The notes below the pieces were generated by a model. It did no database searches, was not told the origin of the DNA, and saw only the letters and a program-made list of their open reading frames with translations. A DNA stretch of 64,000 nucleotides from Massalongia carnosa (Eukaryota), in contig OZ287076.1 in assembly GCA_965645245.1 (NCBI GenBank), positions 1,488,001 to 1,552,000 on the forward strand, in the 5' to 3' direction. This document shows positions 34,744 through 48,927 of the stretch, one piece after another. The translations under genes were made by a program, and so were the position numbers. Every line of letters begins with the position of its first letter. Within the stretch, counting starts at the first letter, position 1.

Positions 34744-37741
34744 ATGGCTCTTAAAGGCTCGGTGCGTGCTCGCTCGGGTGAAAGAGTTGCAAACCAAGCT
34801 CGAAAGCCTTCAGACAAGTGGGCAGAAGAAAAGCCTAGCGACTTCACATCGCATGGAGTCACCGATAATGACATATTCTTGTTGCCCGCCTCAGACTTTC
34901 AACTTTTGGGGGTCCTTACATTTATTGCGGCACTCATACGCCTTTTCAGGATATATCAGCCAAGTAGCGTAGTCTTTGACGAGGTTCAGTAGGTTTTGAA
35001 AAGAATTCAATTCCACCGCATTAATGGCTGATGCGTGCACATAGCTTTGGCGGATTTGCCTCGAAGTACATCAAAGGCAGGTTTTTCATGGACGTTCACC
35101 CGCCCCTCGCTAAACTGCTTCTTACCTTGGCCGGGTGGCTTGCTGGGTTCGATGGAGAGTTCGATTTCAAAGATATAGGCAAAGACTACGTTGAGCCTGG
35201 AGTGCCTTATGTTGCAATGAGGCTGCTCCCTGCTTTCATGGGCGTTATGACCGTTCCAATTCTATTCTTGACTCTGAAAGCTGCCGGATGTCGGACCATG
35301 ACTGCTACCTTGGGTGCTGGCTTAATCATATTTGGTGAGAAGTTCAGCGGGAATAAAAACACATCAAACTCACTATCCTCCAGAAAATGGCCTTATTACT
35401 CAGTCCCGCCTCATTCTCCTCGACTCTCCATTAATCGTGTTCACCGCATTTACCGCTTTAGCATGGACTTGCTTCTCGAATCAGCATGAGCAAGGTCCAT
35501 CCAAGGCATTTGATCCAAACTGGTGGTTCTGGCTAGTTGCCACCGGAATTGGACTTGGGGCCACTGTCAGTGTGAAATGGGTGGGCTTGTTCACAATCGC
35601 TTGGGTTGGGAGCTTGACAATTCTTCAATTATGGGTACTCATAGGAGACATTAAGACTGTTACGCCGGTGAGTTTTCGTCCGTCATATACTTTTAGTTAT
35701 ATGAACTAACTGATTACTGTAGCGTATATGGATCAAGCACTTCCTCGCCCGGGTCTTCTGTTTGATAATCATCCCCCTTACTTTCTACATGGCTCTATTT
35801 GCAATCCACTTTGTTTGCCTGGTCAATCCGGGTGATGGGGATGGTTTCATGTCCTCGGAATTCCAGGCTACATTGAACTCCAAGGCGATGCAAGATGTTC
35901 CAGTGGACGTCATGTTGGGAAGTCGAGTGAGCATCCGCCATCACAATACCCATGGTGGTTACTTACACTCGCATAACCACATGTATCCCACCGGGAGTAA
36001 GCAACAACAGATTACACTATATCCGCACAAAGATGAGAATAACAACTGGTTGCTTGAGAACCAAACACAGCCTGAAGGATTGGACGGTCCCATTGTGGGC
36101 CCTCACGCCTGGGATACCATTAAACCTGTTTCAATTGAAGACGGAGCTATCATCCGCCTGTACCATGTTATTACAAATCGCCGGCTACATTCTCATGATG
36201 TTCGACCACCTGTCAGTGAGGCAGACTGGCAAAACGAAGTATCTGCCTACGGTTATGAGGGCTTCGAAGGTGATGCGAATGATCTGTTCAGGGTGGAGAT
36301 TGTGAAGTCAATGTCCGATGGGGCTGCCGCAAAGATTCACGTACGAACAATCGAGACGAAATTTAGACTCGTCCACATTATGACCGGATGCGCTCTTTTC
36401 TCTCACAAGGTGAAGCTGCCTGATTGGGCCTTTGACCAACAGGAAGTGACTTGCGCTAAGCAAGGAACTCTTCCCAATAGCATCTGGTATGTGGAGCAAA
36501 ATGAGCATCCTATGCTTGGGCCAGAAGCAGAAAAGGTCAATTACAAGAATCCTGGTTTCTTAGGGAAATTCTGGGAGCTACAAAAAGTTATGTGGACGAC
36601 CAACGCGGGTCTGGTTGAGTCCCATGCATGGGATTCAAGGCCCCCTTCTTGGCCGATTCTTCGACGCGGAATTAACTTTTGGGGCAAAGATCATCGCCAG
36701 ATCTACCTTATCGGCAACCCTGTAATCTGGTGGTCTTCCACAGTGGCAATTGGTATTTACTTTGTCTTCAAAGGATTGTCCATTCTTCGATGGCAACGTG
36801 GATACAAAGATTATGATAATGTTACTTACAAGCGCTTTGATTACGAGATTGGCACTTCGGTGCTGGGGTGGGCATTTCATTATTTCCCCTTTTTCCTCAT
36901 GCAGCGCCAACTCTTCCTTCACCACTACTTTCCGGCTTTGTATTTTGCCATCACAGCTTTATGTCAAGTATACGACTTTAGTACAAGTCGGATCAGCGGC
37001 ATCGGCTTAAGGGAGAGACCTGTAATCGGAAGAAGTGGCATCGCCGTATTCTTAGCCGCTAGCATTGTTGCGTTCACCATCTATGCGCCGCTATCATACG
37101 GGAATCCATGGACACAAAGCGCATGCAACAAAGTCAAGATGTTTGAGACCTGGGATTTTGACTGCAGTACCTTTCATACAAGTGTAAGCATCGTGTTTGA
37201 ACCAAAGGGGTTATACTTTTTGCTGATGTCTTGCCAGCTTGATCAATACGCCAATTCATCACCCAGCGCAGGTAATGCTGAACAGACAAGCGCTCCGGTC
37301 TTAGCTGCACCGGCCGGAGATGACAAGAAACCAGACCAAGATGCGGCTGTCACCCCCCAACCGTCTGTCGAAGAGGCAATTGCTAGGACTGAGGAGAAAG
37401 TTGAATATCGAGACCAGGATGGTAACCTACTAAACGAAGAACAAGTGGCAGCTTTGGAAGGGAAGGTGTCGTTCAAGACACGTTACGAAACAAGGACTCG
37501 ACTCGTTGATGCAGCTGGTAATGAGATTAGAGAAGCTTCTGCTGGAGCAGAGGGTTTCGCACCCCCCCATCCAGACGTGGACCGAGAACCTGAAACAGCA
37601 TCTGACGTCTCGGAAGACGATGGACGAGAGTATCCAGCAACTGCCTCCCCAGAAGGTGATTTAGATAAAGAAAAATCCGTGGAGGGAGTAGATGCAAAAA
37701 AGCCTCGACCTGGAAGCGAAGGTCGGGAAGCTACTAAATAG
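34744..37741 (+). CDS. PMT1: Dolichyl-phosphate-mannose:protein O-mannosyltransferase, PMT1 subfamily, multi-exon
   Basis: VVFDEVH|FGGFASKYIKGRFFMDVHPPLAKLL, MIR domains (GYLHSH..QQQITLYPH), and RQLFLHHYFPALY. GGFAS/FMDVHPPLAK is PMT1-type. Confidence 0.9.
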
Positions 37742-38057
37742 GCCATGCTGTGCGTTTGGGCTGAACTTGTACTCTTAGTGTATGAAACTTCTCATTTAGC
37801 AGATAACGGGCGACGTTTGTGATATCTCCATTTCTAGTACTTCGAAGACAGTGTAAAGGCTTGGAGTTTAACATCACTCTATGTGGATGAACTGAGGTAG
37901 AAAAGGTACGTGGAAATCGAGAGGACAGTTCATGCAAGTGGAATTTCAAGAAATCAGTTCAACTCCAAAAACTAAGCGCAACTAAGAAATTGCCTATGTA
38001 CAACTCCACCGGGCATTTTTAGCCAGCGTTCATAATTTCTAGCTGCCCTCCAATCGC

Positions 38058-38732
38058 CTAGTATCCATCTTTGCCCCATTTGTTGTATTTATCATGGAGC
38101 GACTAATTTCATCAACCATTAGCAAAGTGCCCCTTTTTGGGTTACCCAGATTTTGGCTTGGATGATCTTCAAGCTCACCTTCCGTAAAGTTACATTTGGG
38201 ACAATCACGCTGTTTAGCGCACTTGGCGCGTCCTTGGGTGCCTTGTTCGGGTCTCCGCCAGGGTGATATTGATACTTGAAATGCTCCTCGGCCTTATCGC
38301 CTTTCGCGCTTCCCACTTCCCAAGGCATGCTACCCTTGGCCATGCTGACAGGAGCTTCCGAGGAAGCGGAAGTCGGTTTTCGCCCTGTTCAAGGAGAATC
38401 GGAGAAAAGGATTTAGCGTCCACATCAATAGGAAAATAAGAGCCAGAGGTTTAGGTAGGATACCGAAATGGAAGCCAACGAGGCCAAAGGCACCCGTCAT
38501 TATTGTAAGCAAAATCTACCCATCAACCGTCAGTCAGCATAGGCTTGTGGGCATATGCGCTTTCGGGGGGTCGTAGTAGCCAGCATACGTATAATTCGGG
38601 ATCTCTCTTCGCTCCTTTCTTTAGCACACCATCCGATGTGCCAGCTTTCCCCCCCGTTTCTGAAGCTTTTCCGGCGACTTTTGATGCAGCAGCACCCACT
38701 TTACCAGCAACACGGCCTGCTGCTGCCGACAT
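38058..38732 (-). CDS. Small single-pass membrane protein, 4 exons (possibly mitochondrial; NDUFA4/B12D-like is a guess)
   Basis: Spliced ..KKGAKRDPELY|ILLTIMTGAFGLVGFHFG..MPWE..FKYQYHPGGDP..APSALNSVIVPNVTL..HDKYNKWGKDGY, with canonical GT-AG introns. Confidence 0.75.
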
Positions 38733-39288
38733 TGTGGCTGCTAAGTGTTTAGTTTCGTGATGATGTCGATAGATTGCCCGGTTACTCTACGAGATAGACG
38801 GTGTGAACTTGCATAGATTCGTGGATGTGGTGACATATGGTTGACCTAGCCAAATGTAGATAGTGTGGCTGAGGTGGCTGAGGTGGCACTTAAATCCTGG
38901 ACCCCAGTGATTATCCTTGCTGATCTCCGCCTTTTCCACGTACCGTAACTTAAGACCAGGAGTTATTCCTTGCAACGACGTGATTTCTCTAAATAAAAAA
39001 CTAATCGGCACTCCTTAAGTTTCAGTTACTCTCCACAATACTCTCTGCACTCCACGTACTTCCCGAGGTGGTCTTGTATGCGATTTATTCAACATGTAGT
39101 CGCTTCGCGTTGACGCTCTGCGATAACGTTTCTCTCTTCGCTCCACAAGCAGCAACATCCTTCCCCTTACTGGTTTCTTCCTGTTAGGAGTCGGCCTACT
39201 TTCTTTTCTAACTTGGTACTTTGGATCAAAATCTTGGTGTGAGCCCAACAGTGGCAGTCACTACGAACTCCACTGTCCTTTCACCGTT

Positions 39289-41375
39289 ATGGTCACCTCA
39301 AATCCATTTGCTCTTCAGCGGTCACCGGCAAACAGTTCTTTTCCGATACAGCCTGATATCTCTAGCTTACAAAAAGCTCCAAGTATTATATCATCGCGTA
39401 TGACTGATATCGCATCTGAAGATGACGACAACTACTACCCCGAAGGTGCAGCAACGGCTGGACGAACAACCACAAGAATGTCGTCTGGACGACCACTCAA
39501 CGATCCCATTCGTCCACCATCAGCCATATCATCGCAGACTCGTAACTCAGCTCGCTCGCCATCGAAGCGCGGTGTGCCATTTTCCGGAGGGTGGAGGTCT
39601 GGCGCAGCGTTTGGAGGTCCCGGGGGAATCATCTCAAATTCAAGCAGACCTCCCAGCGCGACAAGTCGCACAAGCCGGACGCACGTGCCTTCACTATCAT
39701 CACATACGTTCTTTCGTCCCATGAGTTCTCAGCGGTTACAAGCTCAACGAGGAGCTCGCCCGACACAAACGAGGCAATCCATGACCAGCGCAGATGGGCA
39801 AAGCGATGAAGGTAGTCTTGCGAATAGAGTCAGCCTACGATCAAACTTAGCAGTGCAACAAGGGTCATCAAACCGCCAAGATAACGACATAGCTCCTCCC
39901 TCGAGGGGAACGGAATTCACTGACCCAGATGACCGGGGTACTGTCAATGTCAGCCAAATCGAAAATACGATCGTACGAAGCATTGAGGAGAGCGAAAGGC
40001 CACTCCAAAACCAGACATTGAAGGGTAGAATAAATCATTCAACCCTTGGTCAGAATTACAAGCAAGATGCTGATGGCCCTCCATCGTTACATAAATCACC
40101 AACGTCATTTCAAGCTAATGTTCTTGTCCCGGCCCAGGGAAACGCGCCGGAGCTCCACGGCAAGCATGAACGCAAGCAATTTTCTTCTTCAGACAAGCCT
40201 ACATTTTCTACGACCACAACAAGCCCGAAACATGCAGCTCCGAAGAGTGGCATTAATTATCAATACTTTGCCGGCAATACGGCATTTTGTTGGGGAGGGA
40301 GATTTCAGAACGCAAGAGATAGGCCAGTGAACATCGCCACCGGCATTATAGTGGTCGTACCTTCCATTTTATTTCTCATTTACTCGTAAGGCCTAGCATA
40401 TCATTCTGAGACCTACGCTGACTCTGCAACAGAGCACCCTGGCTTTGGCACAATGTTTCGCCTGCGATACCCGTAGTATTTGCCTATGTTTTTTTTGTCT
40501 GTATATCGTCGTTGATCCATGCATCTGTTACCGATCCAGGGGTAGGTTTCTTATGCCTTGCATGAATGTTACCCATCGCCGTTAACCCCTTTTTCCAGAT
40601 ATTGCCGCGGAACTTGCATCCCATGGCCCCCCCAGAGCACTCCGATGATCCACTCGCCTTGGGCCCGCCAACCACGGAGTGGACAATGATCAAGTCAGCC
40701 GGTACGGATGCGGCAGCAATGGATGTGCCAACCAAGTACTGCAAGACTTGCAGCATCTGGCGACCGCCCCGATGTCATCATTGCCGGATATGTGACAACT
40801 GCATCGAGACTCAAGATCATCATTGTATCTGGCTGAACAACTGTGTTGGACGCCGAAACTATCGATACTTCTTTACCTTTGTCAGCACCGGGACCATCTT
40901 GGGACTTTTCCTGATTTTTGCAAGCCTTGGGCACTGCTTGCGGTATCAGTCAGAGCACGGGATCTCGTTTAGCGAATCCATCAAGAAATGGAAAGTGCCT
41001 TTTGCTATGATGGTCTACGGTGTTTTGGCTACCCCGTATCCTGCGAGCTTGTGGGGGTATCATCTCTATCTGACCGGACGGGCGGAAACCACCCGGGAAT
41101 TCCTCAATTCACATAAGTTTCTCAAGAAGGATCGACACCGACCGTTCACGCAAGGCAATCTGTTCAAGAACTGGCTCGTCGTGCTTCTTCGGCCCCGGCC
41201 GCCTACGTATCTGCACTTCAAGAAGAAGTATGAAGACGGAGATCCGCGGTTTGGGCCACGGAGGAGCAAGCACCGCGCTCCGTTACCTGCGAACCAAGCG
41301 AGCGATGGGATGGAGTTGGGCAATGTTGACGGGGTGGATCGATCAATCCAAGGACCCTCGGCGATGCGGGCTTGA
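39289..41375 (+). CDS. ERF2: DHHC palmitoyltransferase Erf2, 3 exons
   Basis: NYQYFAGNTAFCWGGRFQNARDRP, TDPG|ILPRNLH, KYCKTCSIWRPPRCHHCRICDNCIETQDHHCIWLNNCVGRRNYRYF, and TTREFL. Confidence 0.93.
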
Positions 41376-42101
41376 AAGGCGCATCATGCATGGCTGTTGT
41401 TAATAGGTATATTTCATCTGATACGTAGTACTCTGTAAGGGGGGTAGCATACTCCCGACTGTCCCAATACCCAATACCCAATAGATGTGTAGTAATTAAG
41501 CCTCGAATCAACGATCTATATATTCTGTACGGGGTACCTAGTTAATCACGAGACACTCATGTGCAGAGTGGTCATGTACCTAACCGATCCGCTTCACTAT
41601 GGACTATGGTTGTACTCCGTAGTGTAGGCTAGGATGGAGGCATCATGTACTCTGTACAATCAACAGAGTACATCTGCATTCCATCCGTTGACACTTCACC
41701 GATCATGTAGTTCTGATTGGCTGTGCGTTGGTGGTTTGTTTGTGTCGTGCACGTATGGTTTACTTGGCGTTGCTAACGACAAGGTATGTTACATAATACA
41801 GAATACCTAATCGATACTCTCGCCCAGAGTAGATAATGCTCGGTGGATAAATACCTCGTGTATAACTTCTCGCGTTGGCGTTTGTTCCGCACTTTACGGG
41901 CAAATCACTTCCACTGTTAGAGTCTTTGGACGGTGGAGCAGCTTTAATCATTCCTTTCTTTGATCGCGGTGTTCGTTTGCGTCCGCTGGTGTCGGTATTT
42001 TTTTTTGTACAAGTTTGTCTCGTTTTGCTGGAGTATGCACAGAAGCACTTATGCTGTCGTTTTTACAACAACTGGGCAAGAGGTCTTACTCTGCGCAGTC
42101 A

Positions 42102-44362
42102 ATGACGCGTTCCGATTCCAGCGATTCCGCTCTGTCCCGCACTGTAAATCGCAAGCTCTCCGATAGCAACTCCACCGTCCCTTCCCTGACTCCTCCGACA
42201 AGTCATGCAGATACCGCCAGCGACTGCCCCGAACCAAAACAGAAGCATGATTCCCACCGGCGTAGTTCTGAACGTCTCCGGCGGGTATCCTCAAGCGTTC
42301 TCACTTACAATGAGAACATGCTCGCAGGTAGCTCTCAGCGTAAACCTCGGAAGAAAAGCGAGGCTGTGGCCGGTCGGACTGTGCCCGGCGAGACGCTAGT
42401 CAATGCTGCACCTGAGTCTCAAGATCAGTTTGCGCAAGAAAGTCTGCAGGGTCTTGCACGGGAGTGGAGTCTTGGAGCCTTGCCTGGAGATGACCTGAAG
42501 ACATCCTTGGAGGAAACCGCCAAGCCAACACGGCGAAAGTCTACCCGTTTGGATGGTCTTGAAAAAGCAACAAGAGTGTTCGAAAAGTCCAAAAGTGTGC
42601 TTGGGAAGAGAAGACGAGAAACACTTGATGGTGGAGTGGAAACATTGCAGAGCATTACAGGGGGGGCGGGCCTACGAGCAAGGAGGTTGGCGACATCCGT
42701 CTTCGAAGAGCCTAAACCAAAGAAAACACGTTCTTCTAAAGCTTTGGAAGTAACTGCGTTGCCAAATGAAAGCGGGCAGAAAATCGTCAATCGGGCAAGA
42801 GCCAAACGTTGGCTGGGTCAGGGGCTATACGTGGGGCAGGATCGGGACCTTGATCCAAGACTTACAGAAACCAAGAATAGGTTAAAGAAGTCGTCAGCAA
42901 ACAGTTCAACCGCTCGACAAAGCGCGTTGCTACCGTTGCCAATGTTTGCCGGCCAGAGAACACTTGACCTAGGAAGGAACTTCAAACTCCCCTTTGATGT
43001 ATTTTCACCGCTGCCACCAGGGCAGCCAAGACCCGAGGAGTGGAAGAAAACCCACAAAAGTATGTACAGTACATCTGCTTTCTCGGAAGAAAAGGCTAAT
43101 CCGCTCTTTCTCAGACGTCTTTGTCGGCGACGCCGCCAACATATGGAAGAAATCCAAACCTCTGGAATCTTCGAAGTGCGTCTGCGCGGCCGAGAGCGGC
43201 TGCGGTGAGGACTGTTTCAACCGCTTTATGTTTTATGAATGTGACAGCACGAATTGTAATATTGGGAGTAACCACTGCACGAACCGCAGCTTCGAAGGCT
43301 TGCGGCAACGCTGTAAGGATGGAGGCAGGTACAGCATTGGCGTGGAAGTCATCAAGACCCTTGACCGTGGGCATGGGGTACGGAGTAATCGTTGCTTTGA
43401 GCCAAACCAGATTATCGTAGAATACACGGGTGAAATAATCACGCAGGAAGAATGTGATGATCGAATGCACCAACGTTACAAAGACAGCGAGGTCAGTCGT
43501 TTCTTATTCCTCATCCCTTCAGGTCACGCTGACAGATCTCGCTCAGTGCTATTATTTGATGGACTTCGACCAGCAAATGATCCTGGACGCCACCCGAGGC
43601 TCTATCGCGCGCTTTATCAACCACTCCTGCGAACCAAACTGCCGGATGATCAAGTGGACCGTAGCGGGCAAACCACGCATGGCACTTTTCGCCGGCGACG
43701 CAGGCATCATGACAGGCGAAGAGCTGACGTATGATTACAAGTTCAACCCCTATTCCGTCAAAAATGTCCAGGAATGCCGCTGCGGCACTCCCACCTGCCG
43801 AGGTGTCCTCGGCCCCAAACCTAAAGAAATAAAAGATGCGCTGAAATCGCTCACCACGGGCGGTAAACGCAAGTTTCAGCAGGCGCTCGAAGACTCCATC
43901 CAAACCGTGACCAAGAAACGGAAAATCGCCATCCCCTCCTCCGTCAAGAATGCCTTCGCGAGCGCGAAAGTGCAGGCAAGCAAGAAGCTGGCCGAAGCCC
44001 GGATCTTAACGACGTCTTTGGCCCAGAACGAAAGGCTGATGAGAAAGGTGTCGACTCGGTCGCTGCGCGGCGTGGAGCAAGCGACCGCAACGGTCGACGA
44101 GAGCCTGGACAGCAAAGTGCAGAATTCGTCTACTGCTACCATCACCTCTCCTCGCCGCCGTTCAATGGCGGGTACATTCCTCAAGGCAGATAGCCGCGGC
44201 GCCGCGGCTGCGCGACCGCGGAGCGTTAGCAAGAAAGACGAGTTCAGGGCCAAGGCGTCGAGCAAGCGCAAGAATGTGGTGAGGACGGTACGGCGGTCAA
44301 GCCGGGTATCGTCTGGCGGCGGGAAGTCCATCCGGGTTAAAAGCGACCATGGGATAGAGTGA
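42102..44362 (+). CDS. ASH1-like histone H3K36 methyltransferase (AWS-SET-postSET), 3 exons
   Basis: AWS CVCAAESGCGEDCFNRFMFYEC, SET RGHGVRSNRCFEPNQIIVEYTGEII..ARFINHSCEPNC..ELTYDY, and post-SET CRCGTPTCRGVLG. Confidence 0.9.
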
Positions 44363-46001
44363 AAAGAAAGGGGCGACCTTTTTGGGGGGGACGGGGATTC
44401 GGGGATTCGTTAGTTTTGCATTATATTGTTCGCATACCTCCTGCTAAAGCTTGTCATGCGGCTGCTTCTTGCTGCTGCACTGGATGGTTATGGGGGGAGG
44501 GGAGGGTGGGAAGAAGAAGGGCGTTTCGGGATCTTTTCTTTCTTTCGGAAGTCCTTTTGATGCTGTAATGCGAGTAGGCAGTTGACATGTTCCCCCTTTT
44601 TTTTTTTAGGGCATCTATCTACATCAATCTACATATCTACACATTTGGATGGAGCATCAGACTGGTTTTTTGACGAAGGAGGGGGGTTTTTTCTGCACTT
44701 GTTAATTTCGTATTCGGTTTTCGTTATGTATTTGGGTGTTGGATTCAATTGAATTGTATTTGCATATGCGGTTTAGGTAAGTATTTTTGTAACACCGCTT
44801 GCGGAAACCACTCCATTCTCTCTCGCTATGTTTTTTTTTTCTTTTTTCCCCAAATCTTTTCCACATAGCTCAGCTTCGGCTCCGCTGCTTTCATTAGCTG
44901 CAAGATCCTGTTTCGTTCAGGTTCTCCCTCTCTCTGTTTGTGTTTGTGTTTGTGTTTGTGTTGTCATTGCACCAGGCGCCCTACGATCTCTAGTTTAACT
45001 AGTTAGTTAGTTACTCTATACGCTAAGTGGAGGCAATCAGCGCAATCTATGAGTTTTCTACTCGTTTAATTCTGACAGAACCGTGTGGGTAGGTACTTCA
45101 CATTAGAGATTAGTCGTGGCCTTTCGTCGATTTGTCCGGATCGATCAACTCTGTTTAACCAGTTCGACTACGGAGTACTTGGGCGTCAAGTCTATGGAAT
45201 TCGAAGCTTGGGGTTGGGTAACTAGCTGTAACGAGGGATTGCAGCACCTGTCCATAATTAGGAGCGAAGTTGGTGAAGCTGAAAATCGATTATTTACCAA
45301 TACGCAAGAGGGGGTTTCGTACCGTTACGCACAGTTCGGGATGTGTTTTGCAGGCTGTGTTGTTTGGACAGGGCGCCGCTGGTGATTATACATATAGGCT
45401 AGTCGGCATTTTTTGATCAGCAAATGATGGTCCATCCGGTCGTGGAACCATTCCGGATTATTCTTCATCATCAGCACAGGTAGTTTCCAAAATCTCCTAG
45501 GTATTCATATTACATGGATTTAGTACATCACCTCCATAATTCTGGTCCCCCCTGCTTGTATAGTTTTCGAACGTCCTGCCCATTTTCTCTGTGATCGTCC
45601 ATCCACGGTAGTACCTACCAACTGTCGACACTATGAGGATTTAATGTGAGCTGGATGAATGAATAGATGGTATAAAAAACTGCATTAAAGGATGGAGGAG
45701 TCAATCGTTCCTCGATTTCTCCGATGGTATCAAAATTAATGATTTCCAGATAAGAGGCTTACATAATGGCTACGACGTATTCCTGGGCTCAGAACTGCCA
45801 CTGATTAAATATCTTTTGCTTTGATGGCAAGCTACAGGCATTTTTCAACTAAAACTAGGCATCCTATATCCTGTATTTGACTCATACAATAAGGGGCGAG
45901 ATGTATTTTTCTGTCTTTTTTAAAAATGATCAACGCTTCAGGCTTACACCTTTTCTAGCTTCACATGACCGCGCTCTAATTCATGCGGCCGCGGGACCTC
46001 C

Positions 46002-47112
46002 TCATTTTCTTCTCCTGCGGTCTCTTGCGATCTCTTTGCGATCTCTTGCGGTCTGTCCGTTTCTCGTCGGTTCGGGTATTGGACACGCCTTATTTTGATT
46101 AGATGGATTAGCGATCGCATACATGATAATAGACCAGTCATAGACATGATCATATTCGAATCCTCTACGCACAAAGAGATTACGAAATATTCCTCGTAGG
46201 TATGAGTATCTGGGCCTGTCATTCAAGCCAAGAGAACGAACGTGATCAAAGAAAATGGTGAATTCGCGGGGAATTTCGGCGCCAAATTGACTCGGTTCAA
46301 ACGCTTCCTTCAAGCTCATTATCGGTTTTTCTTTTGACCATTCATCCGCAGCTTCAAGGCCTTGCCACGGCAAGGAGCCGTGTATCAGGTAGAAGAGAAG
46401 GTATCCTAGGGATTCTAAATCGTCACCACGAGACATACCTACTTGGATATTAGAGCCGTTTAGTTGGGAAATGGAATTGCAATCACCTCCTCCCAAATGA
46501 CCGTTTAAGCTGGCGAAACGAGCCGTGCCCGCCAAAGCTATGGTGTCACGCGAACGGAGAAGATCTTGATGACAGGCATGACGCTCAACATCCAGATCTC
46601 TTTCACAGTCCGCGGCAAGGCCAAAATCTGTTACGTAAACTGTATTTCCCAACCGACCTGTACCCATCAAGATGTTCTCCGACTTGATATCTCGATGGAG
46701 CTTTTTTTGGAATGAATGTACTCAATACGATAAAGAAACTGATCAGCGATCATTAGCACGGTTTTAAGACTGAGCTGATGACCACAAAAAACAAAAAGAT
46801 CTTTCAGAGTTGGTCCGAGCAGTTGAAAAACAAGAACGCTGTAGTCGGATTCATCACCATTCCAATACATTTGTGGAATACCAGTGCCACCAGACAAGGC
46901 GTTGTAGGCATGAATCTCGAGGTCCAGAGCAGAAGGAGCAACGTCGAGATTTTCGAGCTTAATCGCAACCGATTAACCCATTTCGTCATTGACACCTAAT
47001 AAATTATACATAAGCATTTTCATTAGTCAATGAATGGATGGAGAATTTGTAACCCGAATAAACAACGCTGAGACCTCCTCGATTTATTTTACGTTGCAGA
47101 CGATACTTAACA
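46002..47112 (-). pseudogene. Divergent casein kinase 1 paralog, pseudogenised
   Basis: KYRLQRKINRGGLSVVY, VAIKLE, LLGPTLKDLF, SLKTVLMIADQ, HRDIK, DFGLA, GTARFASLNGHLG and SRGDDLESLGY. In-frame TAA at 46973-46975 and a frameshift in the A7 run at ~46702-46708. Confidence 0.88.
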
Positions 47113-47648
47113 CCTACACGAAGATCCTAGAGAGGCGAGAGGCGCGTTGTGAGCACATTAACGATTCATATGTGGAGATGAGTAGAAAATGGAGTCGACT
47201 TACCAAGTTTTCCGCCATGGCAGTAGCTCGAATGATGCTGAAACGAAAGGGGGCTTTTTGGACAAACAAAATATGCAGCAAAAACCAGCCAGGCAGGTAT
47301 CTATCTAGCAGGCCTAAAACGCAGCGGGCAGAAGTGGTTAATACCTGATAGAAACTATCTGAACGTCTTAAAGTAACTCGCTGGGTGGGAGGATAAGAAA
47401 CAAAGAAACGGATTTTGTGGATTGCAACTTATGCATCGTGCCATTCAGCTTATTGTTACCTCTCTCCCCCCATCCTTCAAGCCGTCCAACCCTACCTATC
47501 TTGATGCAAGTGGTAACGCCAGATTTATAATTTTCTTTCTTTTTTCCTTTTCTTTCACTACTACTCTCCTTATATTTATTAGTCCCTACAATTCTTCTCC
47601 CCTCGCTCTTCTACTCTTCCTGTCTCAATTGGTGTGGCATAAACCGTC

Positions 47649-48927
47649 ATGAAATCAGCGCAGCGAACTCCTGAGTTAGAAAACACTAAAATCCCCTCTT
47701 CCCCTATCACAAAAGGGAGAGAGCGGCGACCTAAAAGTCAATTTTGGGACAATCTATCCCGGCAATGGCTAACCGCTTCTACACTTCGCGAGTTTGATAG
47801 ACGAACAACACCGCGTGTTCTCCTTGTGCCAGTAGCTGTATCTTTTCAGGACAAAGCTACCTTGTTAAAGACCAAAAAGATTTTGTCGGCACGGTGGCCC
47901 TAGCCTTGCTTCTCTTACTGTAGTAAGACCATACATAAAGATATGCTATAGGTACCATTTAACGGTCTCTAGTACTCGGGACAGCAGCCATCTATTAACA
48001 ACTCAAGCCAGCTAGGACGTTCTAAACCCCTGAACTCTGATGACATGGCGGCTACTCGTCGTCTTAAGCAACACTTACTTGACAGAGGATTTCTACATCA
48101 AAAATTCAACAAGGACCTAGAAAAACCCGAGAATTTGGAAGAGCTTGGGGTCATGCTTGGTCGTCGCAGACCGTCACTATCGTCCTTGCGTTTTAGCGAT
48201 GGTGATTTCGAGACTTTTTGGAACAAGGCCGAAACAGCGTCAGACCGGAATTCTATAGAGACCAAAATACTTCCGACCATTCTCGGCACACGGGGTACAC
48301 CGTATGCCCAGCATGTCAGATTCGGTAACCTCCAACCTCTGACTGATGGAACCGCCCCTATGGCAACGCCAAGTTTCTATGATGGAGCCCATCCGTCTCA
48401 GATAAGCCAACAGGTGCGGGAGACCTTGAATGATCTGATAGTTCCGTCGGCCAACCTCCAGGCACCTTGCCTGCCAAATTTTCTGTTGTCGATACGTGAT
48501 CCCAAAAGAATTTACTTAGAAGGCCGCGTGGGAGGCTGGTACTACGGTCTCCTGGCTGCCCGGGGGTGGCACGCTTTCCGATCACAGATTCCATCCGAAA
48601 TCTTGGGCGACAACAATGCATATGTTATTACAGCGGCCTATTTGAGTGAAAGCGGCATGCTGAGTTTATATGCCACCTACACTGTTCCGTTGGACGAGCC
48701 GGCAGGCCACATCCAATACAGGACTCTGTTCTTACGCGGTTATGGTTTAACTGGCAGCCTAGAGGCATGCCGTGAGGGGATCGCTGCTTTGCGAAATGCG
48801 AGGGATTGGACAAAGGAGCTCCGGGACGACCTGATAAGTTGTGTCAACGGTGCGAATCTTTTGTCAATCATTCTCAGAGTTTTCTTACTGATATCATACT
48901 AGCTCAGCCAGCGCCGGCCAACGTATG
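47649..48927 (+). pseudogene. Frameshifted member of a Pezizomycotina hypothetical-protein family with putative PD-(D/E)xK nuclease-like fold
   Basis: FWDNLSRQWLT..LREFDRR, then RFCRHGGPSL in a shifted frame at ~47875, RRRPSLS..FSDGDF, PSFYDGA, PCLPNF, DNNAYVIT and RNARDW. Fold assignment is recalled and inferred, not searched. Confidence 0.65.

Noticed and set aside
46002..47112. CK1 gene as the functional HRR25 ortholog with a sequencing error
   Set aside because: The homopolymer frameshift alone could be an error, but there is also an in-frame TAA, a degenerate Gly-rich loop and strong divergence.
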